Origin: Nanobdellota archaeon
GTDB taxonomy: Archaea; Nanobdellota; Nanobdellia; Woesearchaeales; JAGWAF01
Direction of reading: 5' to 3'
DNA length: 48,668 bases
NCBI GenBank assembly: GCA_038046365.1
Contig: JBBSWF010000024.1
Span: 1-48,668, forward strand
The position numbers and the translations under genes are program-made. Position 1 is the first letter of the stretch; every line of letters begins with the position of its first letter. This document shows positions 15,664-25,367 of the stretch, piece by piece. A model generated the notes under the pieces. It made no database searches. It saw only the letters and a list, made by a program, of their open reading frames with translations, and was not told where the DNA came from.

Positions 15664-18600
15664 TCACTCACGATGCATGGCCAGCGTCAACGCCTTCCCC
15701 TTTATCTTCTCTTCAGAGGACCATTCAGGCTTCTTTGCCGGGTCTTTGTCGTCGATGGTTAGGGAGGCGACTCCGCACTTCTCCTTGATCGTGTCGAGCC
15801 AGGCCTTTAGCGGGTCGCTTGACTCCTTGCCTGCCTTGATGTGGAGCGTGACCCTGTCCTTCCTCTGCAGACCGGCGGTCCTTCGGAGAGCCTGGATGCG
15901 GCGCGTGACCTCGCGAGAGAACCCTTCTGCTTCAAGCTCCGGCGTGGTGGTGGTATCAAGATAGGCGAGGCCTCCCTGGAATGACGCCTCTTTGAGGTGC
16001 GCAGGGACGATGCGGTTGATGAATACATGCTCTGGAACGAGATTGACCTCCTGGCCATCTATCTTGATGACCATCCTGCGGTCCTTCTGCATATGGCGGA
16101 CCACATCTTCAACGGAGTGCGTCACAATAGCTGCAATTACCTTCGGAGTGAGCTTGCCGAAATCCGATCCGATCTTGCCGGTGTCTGCCTTGACATCGAA
16201 CTTGATGCCTGGCATGGACTCCTGGATGCGGATCTCCTTGACATTGGCCTGGCGCCTGATCAGGTCGCCCAGCTTCTCGCAAGACTCGACGACCTTCTTG
16301 TCACTGGTGACCAAAGTGAGAGTCTTTAGAGGCCACCTCGTGTTGATGTTGGCCTTCTCCCTGGCGAAACTAGACGCGCCGACAGCCTGCATCGCTGTGG
16401 CCATACCCGCTTCGAGCTCGGAGTCACAGTCCTTGTCGTCCCACTTTGGCCAGGCGCAATGGTGTATGGATTCTTCCTTTAGCCCGAACGCCTTCTTCAA
16501 GTCCTGATAGATAGCTTCAGTGATAAAAGGAGCGACTGGAGCGAAGAGCTTGAGCGAGTTCATCAGGACCTGGTAAGTGACTGACGCGACGACTCTCTTA
16601 TCCTCATCATCTCCCGTGGCCGCCTTGTCACGGACAAGCTGGATATACGTCCGTGATAAGTCGAGGAACAACGAATCCGCTGCTCCAGGCACATCATTGA
16701 GCTGGTAGTTGTCAAAAGACCTGGTCGCGTGGCGCGTGGCCGAGTGCATCCTGGATATGATGAACCTCTCCTCTTCACCATAAAGCTTCACGAGCGACTT
16801 GTCTTCGAGGTCCTTGAGCTTGAGGTCGTTGTTCTCGCACATGTCTATTAGGAACTTATGCAGGTTCCAGAGGACCCCCAGGTTCTTCATCTGGATCTTG
16901 GCCTCGTCAGGACTGTAGATGAAGTCGTCGCCAGGAGTCCCGCTTATGAAATAGTACCTCAGAGTGTCAGCGCCATACTCATTTATCACGTCGTCAGGCT
17001 TGATTATGTTGCCTAAGGATTTCGACATCTTCCTGCCGAGAGCATCCTGCGCCCAGGCATGCATATACACTGCCTTGAAGCACGGCTTGCCAAACGCGAG
17101 GTTGGACGCGATGTGCATGAGATTGAACCAGCCTCTAATCTGGTCCTTGGCCTCGAGGATGAATTGGGCAGGCCAGAGCTCCTCGAATAAGTCCTTGCGA
17201 TTAGGGTAATCAAGGCAAGTCCAGGAATTGGTGCCTGCGTCGACCCAGACATCTAGCACGTCAGGAATCCTGCGCTGCTCCTTGCCGCACGGACACTTGA
17301 ACACTACATCGTCGATCCATGGCTTGTGCAGCTCTGGGACTTTCTTGCCAGCTGTTTTCTCCAGCTCGGCGATGGAACCGATGACCGTGACTTTCTTGCA
17401 TGAATCGCAGCGCCAGACCGGGAGAGGCGTGCCCCAGAATCTCTGCTTCGTGACTGAGTTGTCCCGAAGGTTCTTGAGCCAGGAATCGAACGCGTTGAAC
17501 GCCGTCTGCGGAACCCACTTGATCTGCTCATTTTGCTTGATCAGCTCTGGCTTTATGTCCTCGACTTTGAAGAACCATTGAGTCGTCGTCCTGAAAACAA
17601 CAGGGTTGTGGCAGCGCTGGCAGTGCGCATACTCGTGCTCGACAGGCGTCTGTTCGATTAGGTTGCCGCTCTTCTTGAGCTCTTCGATGAAAAGCCGGTC
17701 ATCTATCTTCGCGCGCATGCCCGCGAACCTTCCAGTGGTCTTGTCAAAGACACCGTGCTCATCGATCGCGTTGTAAGGGGGAACGTTGTTCTTGTGACCA
17801 ACCTCATAATCCTCAGGACCGCATCCTGGAGCCATGTGGACAAGCCCGCTTCCGGCGCTTGTGTCGACATATTCTTCTGAAAGAAGGACCGTGTGTACTT
17901 TCGGATGCTTCTTCTTTAGCTCGGCATAAACCTTGATATCCTTGTGCCAGGGGTGCTCGTACTCGATGCCTTCGAGCTTCTCCCCTTTCATCTCTTCAAG
18001 AATTTTGAGATCCTTGCCGACCACCATCTGTATGAACGGGCCAGCGAGCGCCTTTGCCACTATCCACTTCTCATCATCAACTTGGCACTTCACATAGTCT
18101 AATTCCGGGTTGACCATGATCCCCAGGTTGAAAGCGATAGTCCACGGCGTCGTGGTCCAAATAACCAAGAATTCACCCTTCTTCCCTTTGATCGGGAACT
18201 TGAGGAAGATGCTGTTCTCGGTGACGGTCTGGTAGTCAAGCTCATGCTTTGCGATAGCCGTGGCGCAAGAGGCGCACCAAGTCATTGTGCGCTCGCCTTC
18301 ATACAGACGGCCTTTCTCGTACGCTTTCTTGACAAGGAACCAGACTCCCTCGATGAACACCGGCTTGATGCTCTGATACGCGTTCTCGTGATCCATCCAG
18401 ACGCCTAATCTGTCGAGGTCCTTGATCATGATGTTCATATTGTCGATGCAGAGCTTCTCGCATTCCTTGACATACTTGTCGACTCCAAACTTGAGTATGT
18501 CCGGCTTGCCTTTGAGGCCGAGCTTCTTCTCCACAGCGTGCTCAGTCGGGATTCCGTGCATGTCGAAGCCTGCCCTGTCCCAGACATCAAAACCCTGCAT

Positions 18601-18810
18601 CCGTTTGTACCTGATGAACAGGTCCTTGAGCGACTTGTTCCAGGCATGGCCTATGTGGATCCTTCCGCTGGTATACGGCGGGCCGTCGAGGAAATAGAAC
18701 TTCTTGGCTCCCCTGACCTTCTCTTTAGCCTTGGGATAACATCTGTGCTCCTTCCAGAACGACAAGACCTCTAATTCGTAGACTTTAGGGTCGAATTGCG
18801 CGACTTCCAT
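15664..18810 (-). CDS. ileS: Isoleucyl-tRNA synthetase
   Basis: HIGHAWN (HIGH) and KMSKS motifs, CP1 editing region and Zn-binding Cys pairs. True start is ATG 18810 (MEVAQFDPKVYE), about 20-30 nt after a TTTATAAA box. The ORF track extends it spuriously to 19197. Confidence 0.95.
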   Translation of the reverse strand: MEVAQFDPKVYELEVLSFWKEHRCYPKAKEKVRGAKKFYFLDGPPYTSGRIHIGHAWNKSLKDLFIRYKRMQGFDVWDRAGFDMHGIPTEHAVEKKLGLKGKPDILKFGVDKYVKECEKLCIDNMNIMIKDLDRLGVWMDHENAYQSIKPVFIEGVWFLVKKAYEKGRLYEGERTMTWCASCATAIAKHELDYQTVTENSIFLKFPIKGKKGEFLVIWTTTPWTIAFNLGIMVNPELDYVKCQVDDEKWIVAKALAGPFIQMVVGKDLKILEEMKGEKLEGIEYEHPWHKDIKVYAELKKKHPKVHTVLLSEEYVDTSAGSGLVHMAPGCGPEDYEVGHKNNVPPYNAIDEHGVFDKTTGRFAGMRAKIDDRLFIEELKKSGNLIEQTPVEHEYAHCQRCHNPVVFRTTTQWFFKVEDIKPELIKQNEQIKWVPQTAFNAFDSWLKNLRDNSVTKQRFWGTPLPVWRCDSCKKVTVIGSIAELEKTAGKKVPELHKPWIDDVVFKCPCGKEQRRIPDVLDVWVDAGTNSWTCLDYPNRKDLFEELWPAQFILEAKDQIRGWFNLMHIASNLAFGKPCFKAVYMHAWAQDALGRKMSKSLGNIIKPDDVINEYGADTLRYYFISGTPGDDFIYSPDEAKIQMKNLGVLWNLHKFLIDMCENNDLKLKDLEDKSLVKLYGEEERFIISRMHSATRHATRSFDNYQLNDVPGAADSLFLDLSRTYIQLVRDKAATGDDEDKRVVASVTYQVLMNSLKLFAPVAPFITEAIYQDLKKAFGLKEESIHHCAWPKWDDKDCDSELEAGMATAMQAVGASSFAREKANINTRWPLKTLTLVTSDKKVVESCEKLGDLIRRQANVKEIRIQESMPGIKFDVKADTGKIGSDFGKLTPKVIAAIVTHSVEDVVRHMQKDRRMVIKIDGQEVNLVPEHVFINRIVPAHLKEASFQGGLAYLDTTTTPELEAEGFSREVTRRIQALRRTAGLQRKDRVTLHIKAGKESSDPLKAWLDTIKEKCGVASLTIDDKDPAKKPEWSSEEKIKGKALTLAMHRE

Positions 18811-18991
18811 GACGAGATGAATCGGGAAACTGTTTATAAATGTTTGGCGTCGGCGTCTCGGCCGCTGATGCGGCCAATCCGGGCCAGGGCAAGGCCTTCG
18901 GCAGTGCGGGAGGGGAAACGGTCCTGGGTACAGTGTTTGGTTGAATCGGAGCTCCATAAGGATTATAAGATGGGGATGCGCAGAGGTCGAT

Positions 18992-19465
18992 ATGCCTGAA
19001 TCACTTAAGATGGGAACTCGTGCCTGGATCGCATTGATCGCATGCTTGTTGCTGAGCGCGCCGGCGGCAGAGGCAATATTGATACAGCCCGCCACTGCCA
19101 AAGGAATTGGCGGAGCTTTGACATCTTCGCTGCTCGCTGGATCAAAGAATATAAAGAAGGCCGCAAGCGAGATGAAACCAATCACGCCGGCAATCACTCA
19201 GAAGAAACCACTATATTATACGACGGCAAAGAACACCAACCCTCCTGGCTGGATATCAGGAAAACTGAAAATTGACGCCAAACCATCATCGGAACAGACA
19301 TTGACACAGGAACGGCTCACCAAGAGCAATATAAAGACACAGAATAAGATAGCCAAAGTCATCGCGAGAGAAAGACCGATCATCATTTCGACACGGGCCT
19401 CTTACGCATCGATTAGCGGGTCGTTCACTTCAGGCGGATTCGGCGGCAGCGTGAAGATGGGATAA
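18992..19465 (+). CDS. Small secreted/membrane-associated hypothetical protein
   Basis: Signal-peptide-like MGTRAWIALIACLLLSAPAAEA (ATG 18992 or 19010). Lys/Thr/Ser-rich mature part with a Gly-rich C-terminus. Confidence 0.4.
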   Translation: MPESLKMGTRAWIALIACLLLSAPAAEAILIQPATAKGIGGALTSSLLAGSKNIKKAASEMKPITPAITQKKPLYYTTAKNTNPPGWISGKLKIDAKPSSEQTLTQERLTKSNIKTQNKIAKVIARERPIIISTRASYASISGSFTSGGFGGSVKMG

Positions 19466-19527
19466 GCTTTCCTTCCCCTGAAGTCGAAATGGAATCCGTA
19501 TTTCTTCCCGATCAGCTCTTTTAAGGA

Positions 19528-21999
19528 TTAACCACCAAACGCGGCCAGGCTGCTCTGGGCGCCTTTCTTGGCGGACTTGATTGAGAGCGACTCGGTGTCG
19601 ATGCCAAGGACAGCGAAGATGCGCTCTACTGACGGGATGATCTGGTTCTCTATGTAATAGTTAGCATCGTACTCATCCTGTCTGGCTTCTGTGTCGAGTT
19701 TCACGCGGTCCCTGATCTTGCCTTTGCCTTTGATGACGACATATTTTATCATCGTCCCCGGCTTTACCTCCCTCCCCTGCGCCTTCAGGCGCTGGGCTGC
19801 TGCGACGTGCGGACCCACAGAATGGTAAGAATCGATGTTCTTTTGGATCTGCGTGAATATGACAACCTTGTCAAGCGGCACTTTGTTAGCACGCAAGTCA
19901 GCGATAACCTGCTTGACGTGGCTGTACGCCTTGTCAGGGTCATGGTCGCGAAGTATCATCTCAATGACCTCCTTTTGGATGTCTTTTGCGATGAAGCTCC
20001 AGTTGCGCCTGACAGTTTCGAAACCGCGGATCTTCAGGCGGCCTTTGTCATCAATTAGCGCGTACTTCTTCTTGGCGCCGCCCTCAGCCCCTTTAGTAGA
20101 GACAAAGATCCCCGCAGGATAGAACCCTTCATACTCAAGCTCCATGGACCTAGGCAATCCCTTGTTGATGGCCTCAACAAATGATCTGGCGTCATCCTTG
20201 GTCTTGCCCTCTAGTTGCAGGAATACACTGTCGGTGTCGCTGTACACCACCTTGAAGCCGCTGATCTTCGCCTTCTCGATAGAAGAGGTGATGTAATGCC
20301 TGCCCCATGCAGTGATCGCATGGACGCACTCGTGGCTGTACCATCGCGCGGGCGCAAAACCGAGGTAGCCATAGAATGAATTCGATAGAACTTTGATCCC
20401 CTCGCTCCTCGCGTTAAGAAGCGGGTCAGGGGCCTTTGCCGCACGGATCATCTCTTTGATTCGGGCCCTACGATTGATTAGATCCTCAAGCACTATTGGA
20501 ATGATTCCTCTCTTCTTCTCGCAGAACCAGATCCTCGGCCCATCTCCTGGGACCTCCTTTGCCGTGTTCTTGCAGCAGGAGCAATTGATCGTGTCAGGTG
20601 AGATATTGTGCGAGACTATCACTGTTGGGTAGAGGCTGCGGAAATCGACTACTGCGATGTCCCTGTATACACCGGGGGTGGGTTCGAACACGAAACCTCC
20701 CTTAGCGCGATCGTGTCCACGCTTCGCTGATTCCTGTGAACCCGGATGGTTAGGAACAAGCTCATCAAAAGCTGCGCATTGCCTTATGATGTGCCACTCA
20801 ACCATCTGGCTGAACGTCATGCGCGCGACGTCGAACGGAGGCAGTCCGATTATCTTGACCATCTCGATGATGTTTGGAAGGACAGTCATCGCCAGCTTAT
20901 GGGTTATCCTGGCATCATGGAGGTTATAGGCCGCGAAATCGGCTAGCAGCTTCGCATCATCTTCGTCCCAAGCTGGAGCGAGCTTCTCGATGTCCACTTT
21001 TGCCTTGCCCTCTCCGATGAGCTCAGCGGCGACAGCGTCCAGCGTGAAGATGTCGGTCTCCATCGAGCGGCCGATGATGCGACGGATGAACGGCAGTATA
21101 TCGAGGTGCGCGATGCCTGCTATGTCAGCGGTCGTCTGGCTCCTTCCGCTGACCCTTAGCTCGGAATAATCTAATCCCAACTCCAATGGAACCTTAAGCT
21201 TGCTTGCCCTAGTGCGGATGTAAGGGAGATCGAAGCCGTCGCTATAGTATCCTACTATCATGTCTGGCTTGTATTCATCTACAAGCTCCCTGAATCTTAG
21301 TAGCATCTCTGCTTCAGACGGCAGGGATTCAAGTCCTGGAAGACTACTGTCGAACCTCTTCCAAGTCAATACCTTCTCGAAACCATCGCCATAGAGCGCG
21401 ATCATAAGGATCGGATTGCGCTCGGCATCCATGTTCTTGCCTTCCGGGTTGTAAGTCTCGATGTCGATGGAGAGCAGTCTGGGCCTTGATATCGTCTGAA
21501 GGCCTGAAGCGTCGATACTCTTCGCTTTAAAGACAGGGACCTTGGAGCGCGCATGGATCTCCTCGCACTCTGCCTTGACCAACGTCATGGGCGTGATGTT
21601 CTTGTCGATGAGATAACGGTACACGAACTTTATGTCCGCCTCTAGAACCTTAGACACTTCTTTATCCCATGCGCTGGCGACTTCTCTGAGCGTTGGAATT
21701 GATTGTGGCTGGTCTGCGACAGCCTTGAGGGCGTTCACCTGTTTTGCGAGCAGCTTCTTTCGCATGGCAGTAACTGAGACGACCCGTCCTTCATCCTTGC
21801 CCTCGCCTGCTTTGAGCTTTGCTAGCTTCTCCGCTGCAAGGACCGGCTCTTTTGGGATAACCCAAAAGTAAGGCTCGAAATCATGGTCCTGCACGCAGAC
21901 TCTCCTGCCATCGATTGTGACTCCCCACATCACCACGATGGCCTTGCCATCGACCACGCGATAAGTTATGTCGATAGGATAGAACTCTATGGAAACCAT
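19528..21999 (-). CDS. polB: Family B DNA polymerase
   Basis: Exo I SIDIETY, Pol motifs DFRSLYPTVI, KVLSNSFYGYLG and YSDTDS. 823 aa. Confidence 0.95.
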   Translation of the reverse strand: MVSIEFYPIDITYRVVDGKAIVVMWGVTIDGRRVCVQDHDFEPYFWVIPKEPVLAAEKLAKLKAGEGKDEGRVVSVTAMRKKLLAKQVNALKAVADQPQSIPTLREVASAWDKEVSKVLEADIKFVYRYLIDKNITPMTLVKAECEEIHARSKVPVFKAKSIDASGLQTISRPRLLSIDIETYNPEGKNMDAERNPILMIALYGDGFEKVLTWKRFDSSLPGLESLPSEAEMLLRFRELVDEYKPDMIVGYYSDGFDLPYIRTRASKLKVPLELGLDYSELRVSGRSQTTADIAGIAHLDILPFIRRIIGRSMETDIFTLDAVAAELIGEGKAKVDIEKLAPAWDEDDAKLLADFAAYNLHDARITHKLAMTVLPNIIEMVKIIGLPPFDVARMTFSQMVEWHIIRQCAAFDELVPNHPGSQESAKRGHDRAKGGFVFEPTPGVYRDIAVVDFRSLYPTVIVSHNISPDTINCSCCKNTAKEVPGDGPRIWFCEKKRGIIPIVLEDLINRRARIKEMIRAAKAPDPLLNARSEGIKVLSNSFYGYLGFAPARWYSHECVHAITAWGRHYITSSIEKAKISGFKVVYSDTDSVFLQLEGKTKDDARSFVEAINKGLPRSMELEYEGFYPAGIFVSTKGAEGGAKKKYALIDDKGRLKIRGFETVRRNWSFIAKDIQKEVIEMILRDHDPDKAYSHVKQVIADLRANKVPLDKVVIFTQIQKNIDSYHSVGPHVAAAQRLKAQGREVKPGTMIKYVVIKGKGKIRDRVKLDTEARQDEYDANYYIENQIIPSVERIFAVLGIDTESLSIKSAKKGAQSSLAAFGG

Positions 22000-22373
22000 A
22001 TGGGCAGCCAGACCTCCGTCGATTAATATGTCCTAACTCTATATAAAACTACTGGGGGGCAGTTCGTCCCCGATAAAGGGACGAAACGACGGGCGCCGGA
22101 AAAACACCGACGATAACATACACTGCGCTCGAGAAAAATTTATATAGGGGTCGGGCCTTCCCGTCGATGATGGCACGAGAACAAAGCCTTCCACCGTCGG
22201 AAGGCTCGCATCGGCCAATAATCGGAAGAGCCGACGCGATATCGACGCCACAAATCAACACAGAGCAGTACGCTCAATGTTTCTTGACAATCGTTCTAAA
22301 CAATCAACAAACTCCATGCCGCGAGACATCATGCTTACCGACGACAAAACAAGAATCGCGGGGTGCTTTCTAG

Positions 22374-22583
22374 ATGGAAGACGCCCCCACGGACTCTAAT
22401 GTCTATGAGGAATGGAAGAAAGATATAACAAAGAAGCTGACCAACGTGGTCATATTCAAGAAGAATCTGACCACTGTGATGAAACGCTGCCCGAAATGCC
22501 TGGACCTTACACTGGAGTTCGACCCAAAGACATCCAGACTGCACTGCACCCAGTGCGGGTTCGAAGAACACTTCAATTTGTGA
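22374..22583 (+). CDS. Small zinc-ribbon protein
   Basis: 69 aa with CPKC...CTQC (RCPKCLDLTLEFDPKTSRLHCTQCGFEE). Confidence 0.5.
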   Translation: MEDAPTDSNVYEEWKKDITKKLTNVVIFKKNLTTVMKRCPKCLDLTLEFDPKTSRLHCTQCGFEEHFNL

Positions 22584-22630
22584 TCAATTGACAATCAGAC
22601 CAAAACAACACCAATAAAAAAGAGGAACAC

Positions 22631-23317
22631 ATGGCACCCAAACTCAAAGACCAGCGCATCGGCGTATTTGTCGACGCGCAAAACATCTATTACTCAGCGA
22701 GATTCCTGTTCAACCGCAAGGTAGACTTCCAGGCGATACTCAAGGAAGCAGTCCGCGGACGGCAGCTCATCCGGGCCATGGTGTACGTTATAAAAGCGGA
22801 GATGGTCGGCGAGCAAGCCTGGTTCGACAAACTAGATCAGATCGGATTTGAAGTGAAATCCAAAGACATCCAGATATTCCCAGGAGGGGCTAAGAAGGGC
22901 GATTGGGACCTAGGCATCGCGATGGACGCGATAGAGACCGCGCAGAAACTTGACACGATAGTGATTGTGTCAGGCGATGGCGACTTCGTCCCGTTAGTCC
23001 AGCACCTCCAGCGCGCGCTAGGATGCAGGGTAGAGGCCATGGCTTTTGGCAAGAGCGCATCATCGATGCTAGTTAGCGCAGTAGATGAATTCATCGATCT
23101 AGAACGCGACAAAGGACGATACTTGAGGAATGTAGAAGCAGAAAAGAGGCATGATAGATATGAACGAAGTGCTCCAGAAGGTGAAAATGTCAGAGGAATC
23201 CAACCTGCTCAAGCTCCGCGCCCCAGAAGTGGCGGCCCGGGCAGAACAAGGCCAATACGTGCTCCTCCAAGCAAACCCCAAGAGTCCACCGGCACCCTAC
23301 TTGATCTCGAACGCTGA
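22631..23317 (+). CDS. NYN-domain (LabA-like) protein with an out-of-frame-looking Pro/Arg-rich tail
   Basis: IGVFVDAQNIYYSARF... and VIVSGDGDFVPLV are typical NYN motifs. The last ~55 codons overlap the next gene in another frame. Confidence 0.7.
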   Translation: MAPKLKDQRIGVFVDAQNIYYSARFLFNRKVDFQAILKEAVRGRQLIRAMVYVIKAEMVGEQAWFDKLDQIGFEVKSKDIQIFPGGAKKGDWDLGIAMDAIETAQKLDTIVIVSGDGDFVPLVQHLQRALGCRVEAMAFGKSASSMLVSAVDEFIDLERDKGRYLRNVEAEKRHDRYERSAPEGENVRGIQPAQAPRPRSGGPGRTRPIRAPPSKPQESTGTLLDLER

Positions 23318-23972
23318 GAAAGACACCATCTCGCTGATGGTGCCTGCAAAAGGCGAGGAGGGAAGGAGGTTCGCAGCCGTACGAAAAGGGACTAAACTAT
23401 CCGTGAAAGGACCGCTAGGCAGGCACATCGTGCGGGCCGAATACGGCAACATCGCGATAGTCTGCGATGCCAAGACCGCAGGCGCGGCCTGCTGGATAGG
23501 ACAATCGCTTCGAGGCGGAGAGAACAAAGTATACTTGATCGTAGGGATAAAGGGCAAACCCACGAAACAGCTCAACGCGATGCTCGACGAGAGCGCTGAT
23601 AAAGTATTCGTCGTGTCAGACGCTCAATCCAAGATAGGATACCCCTCTGTCAACGAACTCCACAACCTGATGAGGAAGAAACACATCAGCTTGACGTTCA
23701 CTTTAGTGGACCTGCCATTGAGCTATCAGCTAGCGAGGATAACCCACCTGAGATCGAAGACGTTCTCTTTTCTGACCCCAATCCTCGATGATGGAGTTGG
23801 GATCTGCGCAGATTGCAGAGTCATGTATGACGGAGAGACGAAGCTCGCATGCATCGAAGGGCCAGCGCTTGACGCCCACAAGATAGAATGGGAGTCATTG
23901 CTAGGACGGCACGGACACGAGTTTGATGGCGAGAGGGCCACCCTTGACCTGTCCACAAAAAAAGGGAACTAA
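23151..23972 (+). CDS. NfnA/SudB-like (PyrK-like) ferredoxin-reductase-type electron-transfer subunit
   Basis: N-terminus LLKLRAPEVAARAEQGQYVLL and C-terminal GVGICADCRVMYDGETKLACIEGP, a [2Fe-2S]-type motif as in sulfide dehydrogenase/Nfn small subunits. Confidence 0.7.
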   Translation: MIDMNEVLQKVKMSEESNLLKLRAPEVAARAEQGQYVLLQANPKSPPAPYLISNAEKDTISLMVPAKGEEGRRFAAVRKGTKLSVKGPLGRHIVRAEYGNIAIVCDAKTAGAACWIGQSLRGGENKVYLIVGIKGKPTKQLNAMLDESADKVFVVSDAQSKIGYPSVNELHNLMRKKHISLTFTLVDLPLSYQLARITHLRSKTFSFLTPILDDGVGICADCRVMYDGETKLACIEGPALDAHKIEWESLLGRHGHEFDGERATLDLSTKKGN

Positions 23973-24059
23973 AAGAGAGGACGATCAAACATAGAAGACG
24001 ATAATCAAAGAAAGAACCTATCGTGACTGAACAGAAGGCCGTCGCGGCGGGAAAGAAAG

Positions 24060-25358
24060 GTGATAGACATGCTCAAAGAACTGCCAGTAGAGAAGAGAAA
24101 AGACTTCGATGAAGTCACACAAGGCCCATCCGCTGATGAAGTCGTATCATACGCGACATCATCGCTTGCGACATGCAAAGACGGATGCAAGGCATCGTGC
24201 CCATTAGGCGTGGACATCCATTCAGTGCTAGATCATGTGAAAAGAAAGGAGTTCCAACACGCGCGCGACCTGCTCGAAACCGCCAATCCACTGCCATCGA
24301 TCACATCCAGATTCTGTGGAGCGCACTGCAGCGGCACGTGCTCATGCGCCAAGCACTTCCACGCTGTCGAGCGGTTCCTTGGAGACCACTACAAGCCGAC
24401 ACAACAGAAAGTCAAGGCAGGAAAACAGAAAGTCGCAGTGATCGGGGCAGGAGTGGCCGGATTGACTGTCGCATCGCTTCTTCGAAAGCAAGGATTGAAC
24501 GTCAAATTGATTGAGGCAATGGAAAAGGCAGGTGGATCGCTGTCAAGGTCAACGCCTGAATTCAGACTGCCATCAAAAATCGCGCAACAAGAAGTCGCTG
24601 GCATCACATCATGCATAGAACTCCAGACTCATGCCATCGGCGGGGCGATGCACCCTCTAGATGAACTCGCGCACAAGTTTGACGCAGTGGTGATCGCAAC
24701 AGGCGCGAACAAGCCTGCTTTCCTTGGAATCGCCGGCGAGAATCTGCCCAATGTCTACACTGCAACCGACTACCTTCAAATGGCAAAGAAAAAGAGCAAA
24801 GAGAAGACTCTTGTGATCGGCGGATCTGACCCGGCGATGGATGCCGCTCGCACAGCCAAACGCCTTGGGGATGAAGTCACTGTGCTGTTCCATAAGGACT
24901 TGGATTACATGCCTGCGAGCGCGCTAAACATCAAACATGCGCTACAGGAAGGAGTCAAGTTCATGCTCCTGACCAAACCGACTAGGATATCCGGAATCGG
25001 CAAGGCGTCTCAAGTCGAGTGCATGCAGATGATGCTAGCCGAGTCAGACCTTGACGACACCAAAGTGGCGGTGCCTATGGAAAACAGCGAGTTCTCCATT
25101 GATTGCGACAAAGTGATAGTCGCCGTCGGGCTTGAACCGAATCCGACGATCGGGAGGTATACACCTCTTCGGACTGTTGGCAAAGGTCGGCTTTGGACCA
25201 ATGAATACCAACAGACCAACGTGCCTAATGTCTTTGCTGCAGGCGAGATCGCACTTGGATCTACATCCGTCGAGAAGACAATAGCGCAGGCGAAGAAATG
25301 CGCAGTGAATGTAGTCGCTTACTTAAACGGCGAGATAAAAGAAGAAGAGGAGATGTGA
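24060..25358 (+). CDS. NfnB/SudA/GltD-like NAD(P)H-dependent oxidoreductase (glutamate synthase small-subunit family)
   Basis: N-terminal Cys clusters (CKDGCKASCP.., RFCGAHCSGTCSC) and two dinucleotide folds (KVAVIGAGVAGL; TLVIGGSDPAMDAA). ATG at 24069. Confidence 0.8.
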   Translation: MIDMLKELPVEKRKDFDEVTQGPSADEVVSYATSSLATCKDGCKASCPLGVDIHSVLDHVKRKEFQHARDLLETANPLPSITSRFCGAHCSGTCSCAKHFHAVERFLGDHYKPTQQKVKAGKQKVAVIGAGVAGLTVASLLRKQGLNVKLIEAMEKAGGSLSRSTPEFRLPSKIAQQEVAGITSCIELQTHAIGGAMHPLDELAHKFDAVVIATGANKPAFLGIAGENLPNVYTATDYLQMAKKKSKEKTLVIGGSDPAMDAARTAKRLGDEVTVLFHKDLDYMPASALNIKHALQEGVKFMLLTKPTRISGIGKASQVECMQMMLAESDLDDTKVAVPMENSEFSIDCDKVIVAVGLEPNPTIGRYTPLRTVGKGRLWTNEYQQTNVPNVFAAGEIALGSTSVEKTIAQAKKCAVNVVAYLNGEIKEEEEM

Positions 25359-25367
25359 GGGCAAAAG

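Noticed and set aside
18811-19197. N-terminal 129-codon extension of the IleRS ORF (ORF track 15664..19197)
   Set aside because: The extension is hydrophobic or Arg/Pro-rich with no IleRS homology. IleRS homology starts at MEVAQFDPKVYE (ATG 18810), which has a TTTATAAA box at the right distance. The region is better explained by a plus-strand signal-peptide ORF and non-coding sequence.
22063-22095. Hammerhead-ribozyme-like GGGACGAAAC motif
   Set aside because: Only the CGAAAC element is present. There is no CUGANGA box or appropriate three-stem arrangement around it.
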